Positions 37,626-49,911 of a stretch of DNA of 64,000 nt are shown piece after piece. The notes under the pieces were generated by a model, which searched no databases, had not been told where the DNA came from, and was given only the letters and a program-made list of their open reading frames with translations. The number at the start of each line of letters is the position of its first letter. The stretch's first letter is position 1. The translations under genes were made by a program, and so were the position numbers. The DNA lies in assembly GCF_000143415.4 (NCBI RefSeq), contig NW_003314290.1, positions 1,413,244 through 1,477,243 on the forward strand, given 5' to 3'. Source of the DNA: Selaginella moellendorffii. Its lineage: Eukaryota > Plantae > Lycopodiophyta.

Positions 37626-38874
37626 TCACTTGTAATTGTACGCCATTGGGCCGAGGACCGCTTTGACAACATCGCAGCCGTCGGTCACGTTGTAGCTAAA
37701 GGGGAGTCCGTACGAATCCGCCGAGAACATATTGCTGTTAGAGCCGCCAGTTCCCAGGCAGCTTGGAACCCACAGCCCCTCGTCCGCAGTCCCGTTGCTC
37801 CCAGCGAGCTTGTCCTTGTACCGCGAGAGCCTGTTCGTAAACTCCGCCACCGAGATCTTGTATGGATAGACGTTGTGCTGGAAGTTCTGGTAGAGCACCG
37901 TCCTGATCACCATCTCCTGCCGGGCTTTGGCAGCGGCGAGGGATCCACAGAGCTGCAAAGACAAGGATTCTGTGAGTTAGCGAGCTCTCTTCTGGCTCTT
38001 CCAACTCTCTCCTGGGTAGAAGTAAAAAGAAAGAGCTTACTCTGTTGGTGGCTGGGCCTTCGCATCTGTCAAGGATACCAGTGTAGCACTTGGTGAGGAG
38101 GCCAGAGAACCAGTAAGCTCCCAAGAGTGTGGTGTAGTCGTTCTTGTACCAGTCGAAATCCGGCCACAGTGTGTGTCCCATAGCATCGTTGACAATCCTG
38201 CTAAACCTGGAGCAGCTCACGTCGATCCCCGGCCGGTTGCAAGACTTGTTACTTCCAAGAGATAACTGGATCGCCCTGGAAAGGAAGACAATGAGAAGGA
38301 GAGCTTTGCAGCTAGCTTACTTCAAGTGATCCAGGCTCTGGTAAGCGATCTGCCGCATCATATCCTCGGCGCTGGGAGAGAGGTACGCCTTCTCGCCACC
38401 TCGCGGAGGATCGGTACAGTTCCCAGCGAGGCTAGAGTCCAAGTAGTCCATAGTCCTCCCCATGGACGCCTGAGTGTAGAACTCAGTAGCCACGTACTCT
38501 ATGTTGGCGCAGCAGCATAACAGCGTTGCCGACTGCGGGCTTGGTTCGCAACGTGGCGGCGGTGGACGAGTTGGTGCCGGAGCTGGTGGTGGCGTTCCCG
38601 TACTAAAGATCCCGCTTGTTGTTGATATTTGGTGATTCTGGGCTCTCGTGCTGTTTGTGGATTTGTGAAAACTCTGGAAAACCACCGAGGACTCCGAGCT
38701 TCCAGCGGGCGGAGGCGACATTGATGCAGGATGCGGATGGGGACATCCTTTTGGAGGTTGATAAACTGCGGCCGAGTCCACACAGCACTTATCGTCATCG
38801 ACCGGCTGAGCATGAAAAGAGCTCACAATCAGTACTAGAGTTGTTGCTGGAAGAAAGAGACGTTGGAACGCCAT
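37626..38874 (-). CDS. Desiccation-related PCC13-62-like (ferritin-like) secreted protein with Pro/Cys-rich N-terminal extension
   Basis: Signal peptide; ANIEYVATEFY...GGEKAYL...RQIAYQSLDHLK, RPGIDVS, and VIRTVLY...VYPYKISVAEFTNRLSRYKDKL...DEGLWVP..LG...SNMFSAD. Confidence 0.8.
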
Positions 38875-39894
38875 AGATAGCCCAGGTACCTTCACAAGAT
38901 TTTATACTCGTACTGCAATGCTCTTTGCCCCTTCGAGGATGAGGCGGAAGACCCGCGCACTCCAAAATCATGGATTTTATTTAAACGGTCTGCTTCTGCA
39001 AGCACAGTAATAAGTAAGCAGTGAGTCAGCGACCAGAAAACTTTTTATGCTTAACTGCGCTTTCGATGGTTCATCTCCGTAGCCAGCCTCCCTGCAAAAT
39101 CCAAGAAAAAACAATCTTCTCTTGAATCCCCGACTGTGACACCTGACGATGAAACAACTGTGACTCAAGACAGACATCTTTACAAAGAGACAGGATGCTC
39201 CAAACAAGTACATACAAAAACGTGACGAGAAGAAGTTACAACCAAAAGGAAAGCTGAAATGATCGACAGAGACAACGTTGAGTTTTTAGAGACTTGATTG
39301 TGGAAACTAGTGTAGGATATTGCAGTGCTGTTGATAAGGTCGGCCAGCTCTGCAAAAGCTCAGGCGTTGCTTTCACAAACTTCCAGCTAAAGAATGCATC
39401 AAATAGAAGAGTAAGCAACTAAAGCGAAGCGATTCACGTTGTTTAATCACAGACCATCCACAGATGACAGCGTCGATGTTTACGCCCACGGCTGCGGAGC
39501 AGCACCACCCAGGCAGAACTTTACATAATGGACACATTAACAATTCAGGACCGGACACGCCAAGAAGCCAACCTCAACAAAAAACAAGGACGAAGAATGC
39601 GGCAGCAAACGACTTCCGAGAAGAACAGCTGGTGTCTGTCCTGCCTTGGACTTCACACACCAGTTAATGATTCTCAGATACAATCCGTTGCTTTCCAAAA
39701 TCTTGTACAGGAAGCCCGCAGTTTAGTAACAGCAGTGGCAGCCAGAGGCATGCAGAGACACACACGTTACACGCAGGGAAACAAAACGAAATGCCTGTCT
39801 AATCAAACTCAGGAAAAAAAGGACAAGGAAAAGTTTCTTTACATGCAGAAAAGAACATAGAAAGGCTATGGGATCATAAAACAACAAATAGTAC

Positions 39895-41729
39895 CTATTC
39901 AAGACGCCTTGCCACGCTTGTTATCTTCCCAGTTTTCTGGCCATGACATCCTCGCAAGTGAACCTTCAGAGAATCTGGCTTGAAAGTTCGACCACATTGC
40001 CTAGAACAAGAAGACTTCCGAGTAAGTGTAAGCGGCTCCGGGCAGAAACTTACGGGCATTCTTGCAGCAACAATCTGAAATCCACGGGAGGAGAACTTGC
40101 ATTGACAGCCTCTTGGAGGGTCTTTTCCCAATCGAGTCGGCTTCGTCCTGGTGTTAGAGGCCTGCAACGAAAAAGCTAGAGGAGTTTGAAACTTTGCGAA
40201 CTAACGGAGTCCTACCTGTCTTCCTTGCACTTCATTTCCTTTTTCGGGGGGCTGAACTGCACCTTTAGCGTTGGAAGTTCCACATTAACACGTTTTATCG
40301 CAGGCGATAGACGGGGGCTGTTGTCTTCGACCTTCCGGGCTTCCTTAGTTGCAATAAGCATACTGTTCTGTAACTTTCTTGCCTCCTCGCGAGATGCCTT
40401 GTCTACCAAGGATCGTCGGTCCGCATGGCTTGCAGCCGGGGAGTTCGTCGTCTCCTTCACAACTTCTGGAATAGATTCAGGATCCTGACTCGAGCTGACC
40501 AAACGAGCTGGCATCCTAGGAGACTCCCAAGAAGGAAGAACATCGTGTGGAATCTTGGAAGCACTCTCCGCTTCGGACCTGGTATCTGCTTTGGACTTGC
40601 TCCAAGCCCATGCTTGCGGTGGATAGTGCAACCTGTTGTACTGCATGGAGGAACAAGTGTTCGTATCGATCCCACCACAGGAGAGCAGCTGCCGAAGAAC
40701 CGCAGTGCTTGTTTGCTTCCGGCTACTCTCCTCCAGTTGCTTCCTTACGGTAGAAACCAAACCAGCTCTCTCAGACTTCGTCCTGGAGCTTTGAGTTTCC
40801 TGATCACGTTGACAGCTTCTCTCCTGATCGTGCTGAACATCTCGGTGAAACTGGAACTCGTGAGTGTTTTTACCAGAATGCTCCTCCGTCTGCGTTGCTG
40901 CATCCTTGCCGTGGTCCGCAGTCACAGGAGATGCCGGAGTCTTGTACACTTTGACGTCAGTGAAAGTGTTGCCGTTGCTTGATCCATCCGAGTGTGGGTT
41001 ATCGTAGAAGACTTCGTCCATGGATTCGGTCTTTGCCTGCGTGAGCGTCTCCATGAGCTGCCTGTTCACTCTGAGAGCGCCTTCGCAGTTGAAAGCTTTG
41101 TTCCTGTTCCTGGGCGATCTGCTGCCAGCGACGGAAGAAGAAGACAATGAGCTCCGCTTGTCATAGCCTTCGCTTGCTCGCATGGGAGTGTGGTGATGAT
41201 AAGACATTGGACTCTCGAAATCCTTGTGTTCCTCCTGGATGCTTGGAACTCTTCCCCGATCGCTACGACTCTCTGGAAGGACGAAACGAATGAAAGATCA
41301 TCCAAAGAACCAAACTGACCTTGTCTTCCATACACATTCTCCGATCCTTTGATGATATACTCATTGTCGCGAAGCGGTAAGATCAGGTCATTCTCTGTCA
41401 CGTCGTTCCAGATGAAATCGTTCTTGTAGCTCCTGGCAAGAGAAAATCACGCGAGGAACCACATAAAAAGGGGAGAAAGAAAGAACACAGCGAACCTTTT
41501 GTAGGCCCAGGAGAAGGCATCCGGCATGCCTTTCCCTCGCAGCACCGTCAATCGCTTCTTCACCTCTGCAGCACGAAATTATCTCAGCAAGTCCAAGATA
41601 TCGACGATCGATCCCATCGAAAATACCGCTCAGGCAGAGACGATTTCCCTCTTGCTCCACCTCGATGAGATGCGGCTGCTCCATCCGTCCCCCATGGCTG
41701 AGATAATACACGACCTGGACACGACACAT
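39895..41729 (-). CDS. SOK: SOSEKI (DUF966/DIX-like) polarity protein with C-terminal C2HC Zn finger
   Basis: VQVVYYLSHGGRMEQPHLIEV, SYKNDFIWNDVTENDLILP...EYIIKGSE (DIX-like), DAATQT, LRQLLSCGG (CG motif) and CGRTFKPDSLKVHLRGC; the start may lie further upstream. Confidence 0.88.
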
Positions 41730-42136
41730 CACTGCATCGATCGATTTGCCGAGATGATCGAGCTACAAGGCCGCCGGGATCGATCCAGCTGCTTGCCGAT
41801 GGCCACACGCGCTGCCGCCACCGCCGCCCGGCCGCCGCCGCCCCAGGCGTGAAAACAAGAAAGAAACTAAGCAAGCCTAGCTCTACTTGAGTGTGAGTGT
41901 GAGACATGGGATATACGGAGGGCCCAGATTAGCAGGACCACAAACGGTCATTCGGCCCAAACCTTCCGTACGGTCATTTTCTTGATATTTTTTGGAAATA
42001 TTGTTGCTATACATTCTCATCTTGTGTGATTGGGGCCTATACAATGTAGCTGGTGGAAAGAGCACTGTGATCGCTATTAGATCGTTTCCTCAGGCGGGAA
42101 ATTTCTAGGGTTTATCATTTTCTAGGGTTCTAGACG

Positions 42137-45100
42137 ATGAAGGTAACGTTCTTTCTCGATTCCCAGAGAGATGAAGCGTCTTGTGTTCTTGCAGAGGCAG
42201 CATCCTCCCGACGACGACGAGGACGGTCGCGGCAAGCCGAAAGCCAGGGAAGATCAAGCCCAGGCGCTCGACTTGAATGCGACTCCGCGAGGATTCGATC
42301 TCAATGCGCCATTTTCGGAAGAAGAGGGGCAGGAGTGGATTGCTGGCAGTGGCCAGGAGGATGCTTTGCATCGCGAGATTTTCAAGCAGCATCTGGAGCC
42401 AGCAGCTGATTTGGGAATTGACGAAGGTGTGCTTTTTTGTCTTTGCTTGATTCCTCATCTCACTTTGACGCTCTCATTTAGATTTGGATATTCTACATTC
42501 GATTTGGAGCGCGTGGACACAGGAAAATTGGCAGCGGCTAGACGAGATTCTGGAGTCTGTGCTTGATGAAATCAGCAGATTTCCATCCTCGCCTCCGAGA
42601 TATCAGTACCTTACTTGCTTTTACATTTCCAAAAAGCTGCCAAACGCTTTCTGTCTTCCAAGAACATACAAGGTTCGTCCTCAAGGATATGACTGTTTTT
42701 CACTTTCAAGGATTTTCCAGGCTTTGCTTTCCTTCCTTGATTCAAGTCCATCTGAGGCTTCTACAAAGAAACAAAACTTTCTACCTGGTTTTTCTTGCAA
42801 GCTCTTGTTTCGAGCTTTTAATGAAAAGCCCGAATGGCCTTTAGAATTTGTGCAGGTACGCTGTGGCTGTTTGTCTCACAGAAGGTCTCGTGCTTGGGTT
42901 TGAGTGCAGGCCTACTTAGACGATGCGATCAACTTGCGTAACTGGGTGGACAGTGAGCACTGCAAAGAGTTTGTCGCTAACATACTTACGTCATTTGATG
43001 AGGTAATGCTCGATGGTTTTGCATCTTATTTGTACGTGCTTCTTGCTTTTAGGACCTGACAGTGGGCACGGAAGATCCATCAGATGTCAAGGGCGATACT
43101 GCTCAGGTACTTCGGTTTCCAGTTTACAGCATGTCTAGGAATGCTTTTTGTTTTATGTAGCAGTGTAGCCTTAAAAACCGATACCCTGGGGACGAAATTC
43201 GTCAGAAGGCTAAGGCTGAGTTTATGCAAGCCCTCAATCATCTCTTAAAGGTTCCATTGATCAAAGAAAATCCCCGTATTCTAAGGTTTTCAACATTTTT
43301 TTTCCTTCGAGGTTTATCTCTAAGTCCTGCTCTACAGGATGTTGACACTAGGTGTAAACTACGAAGAAGTTCGGGTCATTGCATCAAGCATGATGGAGGG
43401 CTGGTTGAATACTCCCTTCCATTTTCGTCGCGCGAAACTTCTGCTGGATCGTGTTCTACATTTTACAAATGGCACAACAATGAAAGATTTTGAAACGGTT
43501 GCAAATATTTTATCTCTACGATTGAATCAGGGCGTTTCTCAGGTTAGTGACTTGTTGGTGCCTAAGTACTTAACCGTGGCACTGTTCCCAGATGAAGAAT
43601 GCGTCGACCTCGTTTTATACAGAGCTTGTCATTCAGATAGTTCAGAAAAGACCAGAATACTCGTCTCTGGCATTAAAGGTACTTCGCTTCTAGTGCGTGT
43701 TTGATAGCTAATCTTATATACTCAGACATTTCTTACCGCGGAGCTGAATTCGACGGGCCCCCATAATATGAAAGGCATTTCAGTTGTTTTAAAGGCTTTG
43801 CCGGATTCGCTTTCTCCGGAGAGAGCTTTGGCGTTAGTGATCAAGGTAATACATCAGAAAGGATATGCTCTTCCGAATAATGTGCTGCTGTGCAGGAATT
43901 GGTTTTAAGTGACGATCATGTAGGACGGCTGCAGGAAGCCGTGACCAGGTACGTTTTCATCAACGTTTTCGTCATGTTCAGTTTCGTGTAAACTTCAGGG
44001 TTTTGAAGCAACTAAAAGAGATTAGCCCTTGTCTCTTATGCCGGGCTCTACTTGAACCCTGGGATTCTATATTGCAGCAGCAGGATTCAGCCAGGCAGTC
44101 ATGGTTCAAGCAGGTAAGAATATTATCAAAACGATATCAACCTTTGTTTTAATTCTCTACTACTTGGTTGCTGCTACAAGGTGATAGAGCTATCATGCCA
44201 TTTTCTGATTCAAGCGGCTACTCCTTTTTCCTCCGATGAAAATTTCTCGTTGCCATTTCTGCGACTGGAAAACGATCTAGAGATGAATCTCTCAAGGAGA
44301 TATTGCCTCTTTTTAAAGATCTCAGCATGAAGATTATGACCTTTCAAGTAAGAGCTCTAGAGCTCTCTTACTTGAAGCTCTTTTTCTATTTTGTGTTCTC
44401 AGGAGGAAGCGTTAACGTGGTGTGTTGACGTGCTTAGCTCACAGCTAAGCGCTGGAGATTGCAAGTTTTTCACTACTGCTGTACAGAAGCTTATGTTCTT
44501 AGAACCTGTTGAGGTAGGCAGTAGTGCATTGGCTTTTCGAATTTTGACGCTTCCACCAGGAATATAACTTATCATCGTCGAGTGGTACCGTCGAGCTAAA
44601 CTCTTTCCAGCTTGTTGCATTCTCCATGCACGCTTCCGAGGAAGTACTTGCGCGAATAATTTTGATGGGAATATCGGTATTCTCTCTCTTTCGAGTTTTT
44701 GGGGACTTGTAATGAAGTTTAGGAACAAACAGAATCAGTTCCCGATGCAGCAAGAAGATGCTCTTCACATAATTGAGAAGCTGGTGTGGCGGGCGGCCGC
44801 TTCGGATAAGCATGCCTTCGGGACGCTGTTTGCTGATAGCTTGCAGGTGAATATCAAAGCTTTTATCGTACTTTATCTGCCTAATTTTGGTTTGTAGTTA
44901 CCTGCAGCGATTATGAAGCTTTCATCGTTTTACTTACCAAGTGTCTCTCGGCAGCCATTGCCGCAACTTGTCGTAAGCATTGCTGCTTTGAGTTTTGCAA
45001 GACCTGAGAAACTTTTGACAGATAAAAGATTTGTACTGGAGGTCTTGCCTAGTTATTATAGTTATCGCTGCTTATAATCCAGCGACAATTGGTAAGAGCG

Positions 45101-47060
45101 TTTGGGAGAACTTCCCATCAGTCAGATATCTTCTGCAGTACCTTATAACAGAAGGCACAAAGTCGGGGTTTGTTTTTCATGGAATGTTAACGTGACTCTA
45201 ATGTTTTTGAGCTTGATGCAGTTTGTCGGCAGCAGATATCCTTGAAGACAAAGAGGCTGTACTAAACGATATCAAGGCTGAGGAAATATTAGACTCTTTT
45301 CTGATAAAAGAGTTGGAATGCGAGCCCACGAATGTGATGGAACCATGGAAAGGAAATATCATGCTCTTAAACACCCAGACCAATCGAAGAAAACCTCCAA
45401 CTTACATTTTGGAAGAGCTAAAAGATATCGAGCCATCTTATGACTTGGGCAGAAGGATCCGCTCCTGCACGGAACCAAGCTTTTTGTGTAATACGGTCAG
45501 TTCGCAGGTACAACAGATGATAGGTATCACCTGCTGGTTTTCATTTCTATTTTCCTTAAAGCAGGACTTCAAGGAAGCCTGGGAATGGATCCAGAAGGTC
45601 GCGGGAAAACAGCCAGAAGTACTGGGAATGCTGCCTTGTGATTGGCAGGTAACTTCGTTTTCAGCTCCTAAACTTTAATAATCAGAATTTGAAAGCAGTG
45701 CAAGCTCCTCTATCGCTTCATATTTCAAGCTGCCAAGTCTCCTATACACGATTTTCTACATAACTTGAGAAAGCTGTTTTCTGAGGACAAAGCTTCCGAA
45801 GGTGACGCTGTTAGTGTTATGAAGTTCCTGTCCGATAAATTGGTATCTCGGAATTCTCATGTCCGAGCTTGCGGGCGAAAATGCATCTCTGGTATTATGA
45901 ACGGCATGGTGTCGAAGACTGCGGATCCTACAGTAGATATTTATGCTCAAAGTGCCGAATTTACTTGGCTTGAGGCACTTGAGATTGCAAAACAAGCGGC
46001 AACGGTTTCTAGCGCCATTCAGGAAGCTTTACAATACGAGTCCTCCATAGACGTGGTATGCAGTTTCAAAAGTATACTTTAGAAGTTTTAAGTGCGCTGC
46101 TTTTCAGGTGTGGGCATATCTGAAGTTTCTAAAGAAGCAACTATCAACTTCATCTTTGGCTTATCTCAGTGCGCGCTTGCTTGTATCAAGGAAACTTTTG
46201 GCCTCTAGCCTTCTGTCGACATCAGCAAAGGAAATTATTTCAGGTTGGAATGGCGAGAATGCTTTTCCCATCTTGGAATTTTTCTTGGATGCTTTCAACA
46301 CAGTCTGCACACAGCCTTTATCTAAATGGGATGATGTTCCTGGTTCTTTGGTGAAGCTATTTTCTAAACGACACGATGGTACTGTGTTTCATATGGAAAT
46401 TCCAAATATCGTGGTCGAGGCAATGGTGAAACTTCTGGGTTTCATTGGCTCCAACGAAAATGAATCTTCCAGGGAGATGGTCTCATATGAAAACATCGTT
46501 CAGTTTCTCCTTCCAGGCTTTTTGGCCAAAGATGGGGACTTATCAATGGCTTATATTGAGCTCAGCACCGGAGAGAAACTATCAATTCTATCGAAGGAGC
46601 AACAAGACTGTCTCATCAGCACAAAGGATGCGCGACTGGTTAAAGCTGGTGAGCTTGTGCTAAACGTTCTCTTAGCTACTTATATTGTTTTTCCTTCCTT
46701 GCAGGACTCATGGATATGGACGCTCGTCTCAAGGTTGATGCCTTAATCAATCTACACGTATCGGTTGAAGCAAGGGAGTGTCTGCTTGAGGAACTTTCGA
46801 GGCTTTCCGAATCAAGGTAGTAAGGCCTTTTTGTATCTAGAGTACTTGACTATTGCGTTCATGCAGTGTGAAAAACATACTTCAGCCCCTATCCACCTGG
46901 GAGCGTCTATGGATTTCTGGATGTTTTCCAAATATCGAGGAGCCGGGAACGAGTCCATTCTTGAAGAGTATCTGGTATGGCTTTGTGTTCTTATGTATAA
47001 TCTATAACTCGTATTTGTTTCAGTGAGCTGAAAGAAAACGTAAACGCGCAATGGCTGTAA
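42137..47060 (+). CDS. INTS1: Integrator complex subunit 1-like protein, many exons, one apparent frameshift at ~44240
   Basis: WPLEFVQAYLDDAINLRNWVDSEHCKEFVANI, YEEVRVIASSMMEGWL and EEALTWC...VQKLMFLEPVE resemble recalled metazoan INTS1 N-terminal blocks; the last exon ends NAQWL* at 47060. Confidence 0.72.
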
Positions 47061-47182
47061 AGATCGGACTCTGGTTAAAGTTCTTGAAACTGTAGAGTGG
47101 ACCACACTCAGGTACTTTAATAGGTGACATTATCGAAGGTGAAAGGGCCAACGATTTTATTGCAGCTTCACTCATCAGCAAC

Positions 47183-47575
47183 ATGCCGGAGGTTTGGACT
47201 AGCTCGGTTTCTTTTGCTTTCCCAATTGTTGAAATTTTTTTTCTTGCTTTCATTCCAGATTGTGGAGCTCAAAGTGGCAATGTCCTGTCAGGGATGTGTT
47301 GGTGCAGTGAAGCGAGTCCTTGGCAAGCTGGAAGGTGTGTCACTCCATTTTTGCTACTCGAAAGCTTCTAGATCGACTCTGTTGGTTTCGCAGGAGTGGA
47401 CAATTTCGAGATTGATCTCAAGGAGCAAAAAGTTTCGGTGACAACGAGCAGCCTCAAGCCGGAACAAGTGCTAGAGGCGGTGTCAAAGAGTGGAAAGGCG
47501 ACCTCGTACTGGCCTGAGCCTCCAAAGGGAGATGCAAATCCCCCAAAAGAAGTAGCCCCAAAAGAAGTGTCTTGA
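47183..47575 (+). CDS. ATX1: Copper chaperone ATX1/CCH (HMA domain), 3 exons
   Basis: A micro-exon MPE is spliced to [26 protein letters not shown]|[13 protein letters not shown]...[11 protein letters not shown]; the MxCxxC motif is present. Confidence 0.92.
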
Positions 47576-47739
47576 GCAAAGAGTTGAAACTATTGTAACT
47601 ACTTTTACTTTGAGTTTTACTTTGTTTCTTGGATCGAAGGAATGTTCCTCGGTGTATTTGGCATTTCCTTAGAAAAGTATGTGGCATTTATAATTGATGG
47701 TTGCTTGCCAAGGGAAAGAGTAAGTTTTCTTCTTGTTCG

Positions 47740-49911
47740 ATGAGGAGAGCTAGCGCCCAGGCGCTGTACAGCAATCGCACGGCGCGCGCGCTCCATAATC
47801 TCCCCTCCAGGCGCCGGTCGTCCCGCCTCAATCGCGTAAGTCTCTCGTTTCCTCCTCGATCGAGCTCTACAATGCCGACCTAAATCCCGCAGCAAGCCTT
47901 TGTCATTGCTCTCGTCGCGCTCTTCGTCCTGTGCTCGATCGGCCTCGTAATCTGCTGGAGCTTCGTCTTCCCCGACGACGCGACGCGGATTTCTGGTAGC
48001 AAATCGGGGCCCCGGGTGTCAAGGATCGCGTTTGGATCGTCTTCTTCTCACGATTACAGCGCTCAGCCGGCCTGGGTCCATGGGATCATTCCAAGCGATC
48101 CTCACGCATGGATATGGTAAGAGAATGGATCATTTTCGGTGTTTTAGCTAGAAACAATACTTTCCAGGCTCGGTAATATGGCTTACTTGGATGAAGCTCG
48201 AGTGAACTGCGATGCTTCTCCAAATCACTACCAGTGCAACTGCTCGGCAGATTGGCTGAGACAGCCTCCACATTTTTGTATGACAGGTGAGAACTTGCGA
48301 GTTTAGATTTTAGAAACGTTCTCTCTTTTATCATAGTCTATTTGATTCGATGCATTTTTCTGTTCTAGGTGACTTGGAGCATGCCGCCAGCAAGATGCAA
48401 ATTCAGCTTGCCAATCCAGACTATGCGCAGGCAAATCTTTTTTGCGAACTTTTCTTTCCATTTTTTTTCTCCTTGACAAGGCGAGCGCTCCGATTTTTTT
48501 ACAGTTTCTCGCGTTCATGTGTCCTGGACATCGAGAAAAAGGCTTGTTTCCTCCTCCCGGTGCTGATCCAGCAGTGTGCCCGAAAAGGATTTTTGGAACA
48601 TATAGTGACCACGACTATGGATGGTAATGAAGCTAAAGGCTCTGCTGCTTTACTGATATATGTCTGTTTATACAGGAGGCATGGAAATAAGCGGCTGCCT
48701 CAAAAGGATGCCTTGAAACAAGTTTTCTTAGATGCTCTTGGGGAAAGTCTTGACAGCCCTCGGAGGAATGGTGGTCGTGGAATAGAATGGAAGGTACTAT
48801 AAAATTTAACAAACGTTTGAAGGACATAGATAAGCTTTTTTTGTCTTTCCAGTACACGCTGAATCAAGAAAGTAAAGGCTATGAGATTGATGTCATCCTT
48901 TTAGACACTCGATACTATCGTGATCCGCTACCATGCCACACTAAAAGAGCATTTTGCAAGGACATTACAAGGACAAAAACTTCTCCTGAGCATCGTGCAT
49001 GGTAAGTTTTTTTGGTTCGCAAGCTGTTCACATTGCATTTACAGGTGTGAGGATTTTCTCGGAGGAGAGACTGGGATGGGGAGTTGCTGTGGCAAGGATA
49101 GTCTGTTCTTGAATGGTCTGCAGTGTATTTTTCTTTCACTTTACTTATGTTGTCCTTTACAGAATCAGAGCTGCCTAAGTTATTGTCAAACTCTAACTTC
49201 TGCGACGTTCTTGGAAACCATCAAAGAAATTGGCTGGAAACCACTTTGCTGCAGTCAAATTCACCTGTAAAGCTAATAGTGTCAAGTTCATCTGTTCTAG
49301 CAGCTGATGACGAGGTAAGACTGGGTTTGTTCTNNNNNNNNNNNNNNNNNNNNNNNNNNNNNNNNNNNNNNNNNNNNNNNNNNNNNNNNNNNNNNNNNNN
49401 NNNNNNNNNNNNNNNNNNNNNNNNNNNNNNNNNNNNNNNNNNNNNNNNNNNNNNNNNNNNNNNNNNNNNNNNNNNNNNNNNNNNNNNNNNNNNNNNNNNN
49501 NNNNNNNNNNNNNNNNNNNNNNNNNNNNNNNNNNNNNNNNNNNNNNNNNNNNNNNNNNNNNNNNNNNNNNNNNNNNNNNNNNNNNNNNNNNNNNNNNNNN
49601 NNNNNNNNNNNNNNNNNNNNNNNNNNNNNNNNNNNNNNNNNNNNNNNNNNNNNNNNNNNNNNNNNNNNNNNNNNNNNNNNNNNNNNNNNNNNNNNNNNNN
49701 NNNNNNNNNNNNNNNNNNNNNNNNNNNNNNNNNNNNNNNNNNNNNNNNNNNNNNNNNNNNNNNNNNNNNNNNNNNNNNNNNNNNNAAGATTTTAATATTT
49801 GTGTGATTTAAACAGATTGAAAATGGAATGGTTAAACTTCAGAGTCGAGATGGAATGTCAGGCCAGGTAAAGCTAGAATCGGCCTTTCCGCTTGCAACTT
49901 GCTATGCGTGA
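47740..49911 (+). CDS. PhoD-like alkaline phosphatase/metallophosphoesterase with N-terminal TM anchor, interrupted by an assembly gap
   Basis: RIAFGSSS...IIPSDPHAWIWLGNMAYLD, GTYSDHDYG, VILLDTRYYRDP and DVLGNHQRNWLETTLLQSNSPVKLIVSSSSV; putative last exon after the gap IENGMVKLQSRDG...CYA*. Confidence 0.75.
49334..49785. other. Assembly gap (N run)
   Basis: Run of N. Confidence 1.
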
